Source of the DNA: Candidatus Gastranaerophilales bacterium
Lineage (GTDB): Bacteria; Cyanobacteriota; Vampirovibrionia; Gastranaerophilales; Gastranaerophilaceae
Assembly: GCA_944325515.1 (NCBI GenBank)
Contig: CALVAO010000002.1
Location: 149,091 to 213,090, forward strand
Direction of reading: 5' to 3'
DNA length: 64,000 nucleotides
Part shown: in pieces, positions 49,434 through 57,200 of the stretch
Layout of the letters: the number at the start of each line of letters is the position of its first letter
Position numbering within the stretch: the first letter of the stretch is position 1
Notes under the pieces: generated by a model
The model's input: only the letters and a program-made list of their open reading frames with translations
What the model was told of the DNA's origin: nothing
Database searches by the model: none
Program-made: the position numbers and the translations under genes

Positions 49434-51899
49434 ATGGAAAATATTTTAGAAAACCTTAATAAAGAGCAGCTTGAGGCGGCTAAAACTACAACAGGTGCTT
49501 TATTGATTCTTGCGGGTGCAGGAAGCGGAAAGACAAAAGTTCTTACTTCCAGAATTGCATACATGATTCAGAACGGTGCAATAGCAGGAAAAATTCTAGC
49601 AGTTACTTTTACAAACAAGGCTGCTAAAGAAATGAAAGAAAGACTTTCTTCCATTCTCGGCGAAAATATTGTTAAATATATGTGGGTAGGGACTTTTCAC
49701 AGTATTTGCGGAAGAATTTTAAGACAGGATATTGAGAATTATTCTTTTCAGTCCGGTAAAAAACTTGACAAGAATTTTTCAATATATGATGAAACTGATT
49801 CTATGGCAGTAATTAAGCAGGCAGTAAAAAAACTCAATCTGGATGACAAAATTTATCAGCCCAAATTAATAAAAGCCGTAATTTCAAATGCCAAGAATAA
49901 AATGCAGGATGCATATACTTTTGCGACTTTTGCAAGAGATTTTAAGTCACAAAAAATTGCCAGTGTTTTTGAATTGTACGAAAATACACTCAATAATAAC
50001 AATGCTATCGATTTTGACGATATGCTGATGTTATGTGTCAAACTTCTTGAGCAAAATCCGGAGGTTAGAGCGAAGTATTATAATAAATTCCAGCATATTC
50101 TGGTTGATGAATATCAAGATACAAACCAGGCACAGTATCAGCTGGTAAAAGCTTTGTACACAAATCTACAGCCTAATATTCCGCCGGAACGTTCGCTTTG
50201 TGTTGTAGGAGATGTTGACCAATCTATTTACAGCTGGAGAGGTGCTGATTTCAGAATAATTATGAACTTCCAGAACGATTTCCCAAATGTTAAACTGGTT
50301 AAACTGGAACAAAACTATCGTTCTACTGCAAATATCCTTAATGCTGCAAATGCGATAATCGAAAATAATGAAGAGAGGGTTGATAAAGTCCTCTATTCGC
50401 AAAAAGGCGATGGTGAGAAGATTACGCTTTATGAGGCACAGGATGAAGCTGATGAAGCAAATTTTATTGTAAGAGCAATAAGAGATACTTCGGACAATTA
50501 TAATCAATTTGCCGTTTTATACAGAACAAATGCACAATCAAGAGCACTGGAAGAAGCTTTGATTGCTGCAGGCATTCCATACAGGATTTATGGCGGTCTT
50601 AAGTTCTACGACAGAAAAGAAATTAAAGATGCAATAGCCTATTTAAAATTGATTTATAATCAAGACGACTCACAATCTTTGAGAAGGATTATTAATGTTC
50701 CAAAACGTGCAATTGGTGAAACAACCTTAAAGCATTTGCAGGATTACGCGGACGCAAATGATATGAGCTTATTTAGCGCAATAATGGATGTTGATAATAT
50801 TTCAACAATTAAATCCGGTACCGCAACAAAATTAAAAGATTTTGCAACGCTTATTTTAAAATTAAAGGAAGCTGAAAGCCGGTATTCCCTGCCGGAATTT
50901 TTAAGTCTTGTTTTAGAAAAGAGCGGATATTTACATGAGTTACAAGCCTCCGGTACGGATGAAGATGTAACCAGAATCGAAAACCTGCAGGAATTAGTGA
51001 ATGTTGCCAACGAGTTTGAGCCGGAAGAACTTGATAATACTCTTGGAGAATTTCTGGCACAGGTTTCTCTGGTATCTGATATAGACGGTATGGATGAGAT
51101 TGCCAATAATGTAACCCTTATGACGCTTCATGCTTCAAAAGGGCTCGAGTTTCCAATTGTATTCCTTGCCGGATGCGATGAGGGGATTTTTCCATCTGCA
51201 AGATGCTCTAACAGCTTGTCAGAGCTGGAAGAAGAACGCCGCTTAATGTATGTCGGAGTTACAAGAGCGGAAAATAAACTCTATCTTACAACAGCCAAAC
51301 GTCGTCAGATGTGGGGTGAATACAAATATTACAGTCCAAGCCGTTTTCTGGCAGAAATTCCTGCTCAATTGCTTGACGAAGAAGCTTCCGAAGAATCATT
51401 TGAAAGCAGGAGTACGTTTACAAGCGCGGTTAAGAAAGTAAAAGATACTTCTTCCAAAGCATCATTTACAAATGACGGCTATGTAAAACCTTCAACAGGT
51501 TTTGGCTCTAATTTTGTTGCACCTTCCGCAAGAAAGACCACGAATGTTATACAAAGAACTCCAGCAAAAGTAATTATTAAGAAAAACCCTATAAATAAGC
51601 AAAAAGAAGATGAAAAAATTAAAGCGTTTTTTGAGAATAATGTAATTAAGCGCAAAATGGAAGAAGAAAAGCGCAAAAATGAAGAACTGGTAAAACAGCA
51701 GGCAAAAGCTGAAGAGGTTAAAAATACCACTACGCAGTATTTCTTCAATGTTGGTGAACGCGTTTTTCATGAAAAGCTTGGAATCGGGCATATTGCAGAT
51801 GTAATACAAATCGGAGACAGTACAATGTATACAATTGATTTTGGGAAACTCGGCAAAAAAGCTATGGATGCAGCATATGCCCATCTGAAAAAGTTTTGA
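49434..51899 (+). CDS. pcrA: ATP-dependent DNA helicase PcrA/UvrD
   Basis: LNKEQLEA, AGAGSGKTKVLT, VTFTNKAAKEM, ILVDEYQDTN, VGDVDQSIYSWRGA, LEQNYRS, LMTLHASKGLEFP and YVGVTRAE motifs. Confidence 0.92.
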   Translation: MENILENLNKEQLEAAKTTTGALLILAGAGSGKTKVLTSRIAYMIQNGAIAGKILAVTFTNKAAKEMKERLSSILGENIVKYMWVGTFHSICGRILRQDIENYSFQSGKKLDKNFSIYDETDSMAVIKQAVKKLNLDDKIYQPKLIKAVISNAKNKMQDAYTFATFARDFKSQKIASVFELYENTLNNNNAIDFDDMLMLCVKLLEQNPEVRAKYYNKFQHILVDEYQDTNQAQYQLVKALYTNLQPNIPPERSLCVVGDVDQSIYSWRGADFRIIMNFQNDFPNVKLVKLEQNYRSTANILNAANAIIENNEERVDKVLYSQKGDGEKITLYEAQDEADEANFIVRAIRDTSDNYNQFAVLYRTNAQSRALEEALIAAGIPYRIYGGLKFYDRKEIKDAIAYLKLIYNQDDSQSLRRIINVPKRAIGETTLKHLQDYADANDMSLFSAIMDVDNISTIKSGTATKLKDFATLILKLKEAESRYSLPEFLSLVLEKSGYLHELQASGTDEDVTRIENLQELVNVANEFEPEELDNTLGEFLAQVSLVSDIDGMDEIANNVTLMTLHASKGLEFPIVFLAGCDEGIFPSARCSNSLSELEEERRLMYVGVTRAENKLYLTTAKRRQMWGEYKYYSPSRFLAEIPAQLLDEEASEESFESRSTFTSAVKKVKDTSSKASFTNDGYVKPSTGFGSNFVAPSARKTTNVIQRTPAKVIIKKNPINKQKEDEKIKAFFENNVIKRKMEEEKRKNEELVKQQAKAEEVKNTTTQYFFNVGERVFHEKLGIGHIADVIQIGDSTMYTIDFGKLGKKAMDAAYAHLKKF

Positions 51900-51918
51900 T
51901 ATCAAAAAATCTTTACTT

Positions 51919-51945
51919 AAAAAGAGCCTCTAAAGGCTCTTTTTA
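51919..51945. terminator. bidirectional intrinsic terminator between convergent pcrA and tRNA-Lys
   Basis: agagcc-tctaaa-ggctct, flanked by aaaa on the left and ttttt on the right. Confidence 0.7.
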
Positions 51946-51949
51946 AAAA

Positions 51950-52025
51950 TGGTGGGTGTGGTGGGACTCGAACCCACGACCAATTGATTAAGAGTCAACT
52001 GCGCTACCAACTGCGCCACGCACCC
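51950..52025 (-). tRNA. tRNA-Lys (anticodon CUU), CCA encoded
   Basis: The reverse complement folds as a 76-nt cloverleaf: GGGTGCG TG GCGC AGTTGGTA GCGC A GTTGA CTCTTAA TCAAT TGGTC GTGGG TTCGAGT CCCAC CACACCC A CCA. There is one C:A mismatch in the acceptor stem. Confidence 0.88.
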
Positions 52026-52300
52026 ATGAAGTATTCTTTTGTCAATTTTTTGTTTCGCAGTTGTTAGCGGGAACACTACCGTGTTCGCTTCCTCTCAAAA
52101 AAATCCTCAACGGTTCGGATTTTTTTTCGGCAGAGTCAACTGCGCCACGCACCCATGAAGTATTCTTTTGTCAATTTTTTGTTTCGCAGTTGTTAGCGGG
52201 AACACTACCGTGTTCGCTTCCTCTCAAAAAAATCCTCAACGGTTCGGATTTTTTTCGGCAGAGTCAACTGCGCCACGCACCCATATAGTATTCTTTTGTC
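52026..52300. repeat. tandem ~129-bp repeat (2 full units plus a partial one) upstream of tRNA-Lys, each unit carrying a rearranged 25-nt copy of the tRNA 5' part
   Basis: The junction sequence cacgcacccat(g/a)(a/t)agtattcttttgtcaa recurs with 'at' at 52026, 52155 and 52283 (periods 129 and 128). The tRNA fragments agagtcaactgcgccacgcacccat lie at 52132..52156 and 52260..52284. Confidence 0.85.
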
Positions 52301-52615
52301 AAACCCCAGCCGGTGATTATCTTACTCCAGCTGCGTCAAAATTATTGTAACACAAATTTTTTTTATAGCAAAATTTTTTTGTTGATTTTTTAAAATATTA
52401 TCATAACCGCAAATATCCCCCCCCCAAAAAAAATTTATCTATAGTATTAAATGAAATAGAACAAGAAAGTTTTTTACAACTAATGTTAATTTTGTAAATG
52501 ACCTTGAACAATTATCACTGGGAAAAGGACACAACTGTAAATGGACTTTATCTTTATCAACAAATAAAAAAATGAAGTTCTATAGCAAAAAATTTTTTTA
52601 TGTGATTTTATATTA

Positions 52616-52972
52616 ATGACTATGAATATTTCAAAAATACAAACAGGACTTAATTTTCATAATACTCAAAACAACAGCGGAAAATCAAAAAAGCGTGAAT
52701 TTATAGATATCATTGCAGATAATGTGAAAAATCCGCGCGATGTGCAGGATTGTGTTGCAGTTCCGCGTGGAATTTTTAAGGCATATATTTACTTGATGGC
52801 TGGAAGCGGATTATTGTCAATTGCTAACTTTCTTCCTGCAAATTGGAAAGGTGTAAAAACTTCTTTAAATGTTTTAGGTGCAGCACTCGGAATTGTAAGT
52901 GCGGTCTACTTTGCCAAACCTTTTGCTGTAAAAGGTTTATCTCCAACCGTAGAAAAAGAAAAAAATGAGTAA
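52616..52972 (+). CDS. small two-TM hypothetical membrane protein
   Basis: 118 aa with two hydrophobic segments (YIYLMAGSGLLSIANFL, LNVLGAALGIVSAVYFA). The alternative start at 52622 gives MNISKIQ. Confidence 0.5.
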   Translation: MTMNISKIQTGLNFHNTQNNSGKSKKREFIDIIADNVKNPRDVQDCVAVPRGIFKAYIYLMAGSGLLSIANFLPANWKGVKTSLNVLGAALGIVSAVYFAKPFAVKGLSPTVEKEKNE

Positions 52973-53009
52973 AGTTGTAAGGTGATAAAAAGATAAAAAA
53001 AAACTGGAT

Positions 53010-53792
53010 TTATTTCCAGCTTTTAATAACTTTTTTGATACGCATAAAAGCTTCTTTAAAGGTGTAATCCGGCAGAGGTTTTTCTTCTATATGTACGGGA
53101 AGTTTATCCATAACATCTTCTATTCTTTGCGCAATACAGATACGCTTAAAATTAAAATTATTCTCAAACCAGTTTGTAAAACGAGTTATAAAATTGTTTC
53201 TTTTAATCGCGCACCTGCTGTCTAAAAGAAAACTTTTCCCTTTATAAATGCCTACCTGATCGGTTCTGTGACTGCCAAAATCAAGTGATGAAGTAAAACC
53301 AGCTTTCTTCATTTTTCTTTTTACAGCCAGTACATTTTTTAAACCTACATTTTCTGTATCTGCTTTCTTTTGAATATATCCATAAAATCCTTTGTATTGT
53401 TCAACTTTACCTATAAGAGGAATATCAAATTTCGGGTTATATTTTCTGTATTCAAAAGGATTCTCTTCAGAAATCTTTAGCACCCTTTCATTACCTATAT
53501 CAAAAACTGTAGTCAAACCGCCTGTACCAACAATTCCGTAAATTTTTTCGTCAAGAAATTTTTTACTTCCTTCTACAAATCTCAAAGCTTTATTGATACG
53601 TGTTATCCAGCCCAAATCTCTTTTACATTGTTTCAAATCTTCTAATATTCCATTGGGTTTATTGATAGTATATTTATAAAAATAATCTTCCCCATCCATA
53701 TTGATACGGTATTCGACTCCGTTAGGATAATATTTTTTTTCTTTATTCTGCAATGCTTTAAAATTTATCGTTTTATTTACAGAAGGAATCAT
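53010..53792 (-). CDS. hypothetical protein (weak protein-kinase-like pattern)
   Basis: GIVGTGGLTTVFDIGNERVLKI resembles a Gly-rich loop followed by VxK. No firm family assignment. Confidence 0.35.
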   Translation of the reverse strand: MIPSVNKTINFKALQNKEKKYYPNGVEYRINMDGEDYFYKYTINKPNGILEDLKQCKRDLGWITRINKALRFVEGSKKFLDEKIYGIVGTGGLTTVFDIGNERVLKISEENPFEYRKYNPKFDIPLIGKVEQYKGFYGYIQKKADTENVGLKNVLAVKRKMKKAGFTSSLDFGSHRTDQVGIYKGKSFLLDSRCAIKRNNFITRFTNWFENNFNFKRICIAQRIEDVMDKLPVHIEEKPLPDYTFKEAFMRIKKVIKSWK

Positions 53793-53845
53793 ACTAAGAT
53801 TTAAAAACCGTAAAAAAATAATTTGCTATTTATGCATAATAAAAA

Positions 53846-53867
53846 ACCTCTCCGGAATTGGAGAGGT
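53846..53867. terminator. bidirectional terminator-like hairpin after the wHTH gene
   Basis: acctctcc-ggaatt-ggagaggt, flanked by aaaaa on the left and ttttc on the right. Confidence 0.6.
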
Positions 53868-53893
53868 TTTCTTTCAAACTTGTTTTCAGTTAC

Positions 53894-54121
53894 TTATCTT
53901 AATTTTACAGTTACTGATTTAGCTTTTTGAGTGTATTCAAGTTTGTCTTCTCTTGATAACCAACCTAAGCCCATTTCAGCAAAGTTTTCATTTAAAGAAA
54001 GGTCTTTTTTCATTTTGTTGATAGAAACTTCACCTTTGTTTGAAAGGTAGTTGTAAATCTGACCTGCAGATTCGATGATTTGTTCTTGAATACCTTTTTT
54101 TTCTTCTTTAACTCTTGCCAT
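53894..54121 (-). CDS. small winged-helix protein (DUF2582-like)
   Basis: 75 aa. I..YL...GEVS...M.KDL.L.......GLGWL.REDKL matches the winged-helix DUF2582 pattern. Confidence 0.5.
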   Translation of the reverse strand: MARVKEEKKGIQEQIIESAGQIYNYLSNKGEVSINKMKKDLSLNENFAEMGLGWLSREDKLEYTQKAKSVTVKLR

Positions 54122-54238
54122 TTTAATCTCCTTCTTAAATAGTGTATCTGTAATTGCTTACCAGATTATTGTAGTAAAAATTTTCTGATTTGGCAAGAGG
54201 TTTGAACCCTGTTTATGATAAAATAGTCTATAAGGAGT

Positions 54239-57200
54239 ATGTTATTAAATTTTATTAAAGTCGATTTTCGAACTAAAGTATTAGTTGAAAAATATCTGGA
54301 GCTTATTTCTGATGGGGTAAAACCATCAGAAATACTGGTTCTTGTCCAAAATTCAACTTTAAAAAAACAATTTGTCAATAAAATCTTAGAAAATATAAAG
54401 ATTAATGCAATAGAAAAGTTAAATGTTCATTCATTTTTTTCAATTGTATATAATACACTTGTTGATAATTGGTGTTTTATAGAAAATTCTATTCCAGGGG
54501 ATAAACGTTTCATTCTCCCGAACCTTGTCGGGCTGGAGGTTTCGCAGTTTTTGTTAAAAGATATACTAAAACAAGTTCCGGTAAAAGGTTATAATTCAAA
54601 AAAATCTTTGCTGCATCAGATTTTCAGAAGGTATGCTTTAATTGTACAAAATCATCTGACAAATGAGGATGTAAAAGAGCGGTCTAAGATTTTAAAAGAA
54701 TCGTTTGCAGATGATGCGGAAATCGTTATAAAAAGACTTTTGGGAGTGACTTTAAAATCCAGAAGTTTAGATTACTTGAGACAGACTTTGATATTTAATT
54801 ATGTTTATAAAAATACGGATTATTTCAAGAATATTAAATATCTGCTTGTTGATGATGCGGATGAGATGACTCCGGTTTGTTTTGATTTTATTACGTATTT
54901 AAGACCGCAATTAAAAGATTGGGTAATATGTTTTGACTCGCTCGGTTCATCAAGATGCGGATATTTGAGTGCGGATACTTCGATTGAGTATAAGTTAAAA
55001 AAACTTTTTAATGAAGAAGTAATTTCACAACAAGCGCAAAATTACCCTCCCCTTGTGGGAGCGGATTTGCGGACGGACTGGGGTAAATATGAAAGTCCGG
55101 ATAGCGAGCGAATGGAGCCGGCTAAGCCGTATAGGCTTGAAGGCGACACTCCGGGAGCGTGGAGCAAATCCAAGACAGGGTCGAAATCTTTGATTTCGGG
55201 GAGGGGTCTGAATGAATACGGAGTAAGTGCGCCTAACAAACAAGAAAATTGTTGGGAATATGGAATAAGTTCTCAAATTAAAGATTTGACCCCTCCCCCT
55301 AACCCCCTCCCACAAGGGGCGGGGGGATGCGCAAGAATGATTAAGGCTAAACATTTTTATACGCAAGAAGCACTTAATTATTCAAAAGAATTAAGACAAA
55401 ATCAAACTCCGGCAGAAGAAATTTTGTGGTATTACCTTAGAAAAAAACAATTAGGCGGATTAAAGTTCAGAAGACAGGAAGCATTCGGGAATTATATACT
55501 TGATTTTGTGTGCTACGAGAAAAAACTAGTTATTGAACTTGATGGCGGCGGACATCTTGAGACTGAACAAACAGAACATGATAAATCAAGAGATAAGTTT
55601 ATCATGAATAACGGATTTAGGGTTTTAAGAGTTTTTAATAATGATGTTTTTAATAATATTGAAGGAGTAATTGAAGAAATATTACGACTGATTGAACAAT
55701 CTCCTCTCTTGCAACAAGCGCAGAATTACCCTCCCCTTGTGGGAGGGTCGAAATCTTTGATTTCGGGGAGGGGTCTGAATGAATGCGGAGTGAGTACGCC
55801 CAACAAGAAAGAATATTGTTGGGAATTGGGAACAAGTTCTCAAACTAACGATTTGACCCCTCCCCCTAGCCCCCTCCCACAAGGGGCGGGGGAATGCGCA
55901 AGATTTGAAGCAGATACACAAAGAGATGGGGGATGCGCGCAAGAATTTTTATTTTTCAAGCAGGGGGAAATTATATTCTCAAACATTCTTGAAAACAAAA
56001 AAGAAAGATTGGAAAATTTTACATTAACTTCACTCTCCAAACGCGCTGAAATTCTGGATTACACGGTTGAAAAGATACAAAACTTATTCAAAAAAGATGT
56101 TCTTCCGAAAGACATTGCAATCATCACACCGCTTCAAGATGACATGCTGCATTTTGCATTAAAAGAAAACCTGAAATGTAATCTTCTGTTCCTCTCCGGA
56201 AGTGAAAAACTCGTTGATAATCCGCTTGTTAAATCGAGTTTGAATATTCTGAAACTCATGCTCAATCTTGAAATTACGGAGATGGATTTAAGAGTAATTC
56301 TTGCGGACTTTGCAGGAATCCCGCTAAAATATTGTAATAAAATTTTAGAATACTATAAATTAAATAAAACTCTTCCCGCAGAATCCGAATTCTACAGCGA
56401 AAAGTACAAAAAATTCCATGACGCGTTTGAAAACGTAAGAAATAAAAACGAAAAACTTTCAAAAAAAGTTTTTGACATGTTCTACAGCGGAATAGATTTT
56501 GTCGAAGAGAATAAAATTAATAAATTTAATTTCTTTATAAAACAATTAAAAGATTTTGAAAATGTTTTAGGCTGGGAAAAAGTTATTGAAAGAGCAGAAG
56601 ATATAATTGTTCAGATTGAAAATTCTATTATTGCGGAAAACCCGAGTACAACTTTAGAAATCAGCGATAGTGATTTGGTCGTGGCAACTCCGCAGAAAAT
56701 TATTGATAACAAAATTTCTACCCGCTATCAGTTCTGGCTTGACGTATCACACAGCGACTGGGTAAAAACAGATACAGGACCTTTATATAATGCATGGGTC
56801 ATGCAGGCGGATTGGACAAAGGATGAATACACGGTCGAAGATGATATATTTTTATCCAAACAAAAAACTGCCAGAATCTTAAGGAAGCTTCTTCTCTTAG
56901 CCGGTGAACATATCTGGGCATGCTCAAGTTTATTTGATCCATCCGGAGTCGAGAATTTAGGCGGAATAGAAGAGTATTTAGCCGGCGGGGGAGATGAACC
57001 GGTTGAAGAAAAGAAGTCATTTAGAATAATTCCCCGTGATGACCAGAAACCCGTATTAGATTACCGGAAAGGCTCGATGGCGATTTCTGCCGTACCTGGT
57101 GCAGGGAAAACCACAATACTGCTTGCTCTTATAATAAAGCTTATGGACAGAGGCGTAAATCCCGAGAATATCTATGTTCTTACCTATATGGATTCTGCAG

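Larger units (their letters stand above)
55028..55945 (+). mobile_element. composite GC-rich insertion: palindromic unit L (with nested mini-element), DUF559 endonuclease module, palindromic unit R, short terminal repeat
   Basis: Abrupt switch from AT-rich helicase sequence to GC-rich sequence. Direct repeats of 192 bp have internal terminal inverted repeats. A DUF559 module lies between them. Total length 918 bp (306 codons). Confidence 0.65.

Noticed and set aside
52026-52300. Possible CRISPR array, because of regularly spaced repeats and repetitive ORF translations
   Set aside because: There are only about 2.2 units, and each whole 129-bp unit is repeated with no unique spacers. The repeats include tRNA-derived sequence and no cas genes are present. 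This is a tandem duplication, not a CRISPR array.
52061-52350. Plus-strand ORFs 52061..52288 (75 aa) and 52168..52350 (60 aa)
   Set aside because: They are translations of the tandem tRNA-proximal repeat (internally repetitive peptides). There are no RBSs, and they overlap terminator-like hairpins.
55025-55942. Minus-strand ORFs 55025..55366 (113 aa), 55042..55239, 55650..55835 and 55682..55942 listed in the track
   Set aside because: They lie entirely within the GC-rich repeat units, where stop codons are rare in all frames. They are duplicated because the DNA is duplicated and have no RBS. They are treated as compositional artefacts.
55028-55945. Intein or group I/II intron as an explanation for the in-frame insertion in the helicase
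   Set aside because: The N-junction has no Cys/Ser/Thr and the C-junction has no His-Asn plus Cys/Ser/Thr. No intein splicing blocks and no LAGLIDADG or HNH homing domain are present. No intron-like catalytic RNA structure or reverse transcriptase is seen. The flanks are direct repeats with terminal inverted repeats, which fits a MITE-like DNA element better.
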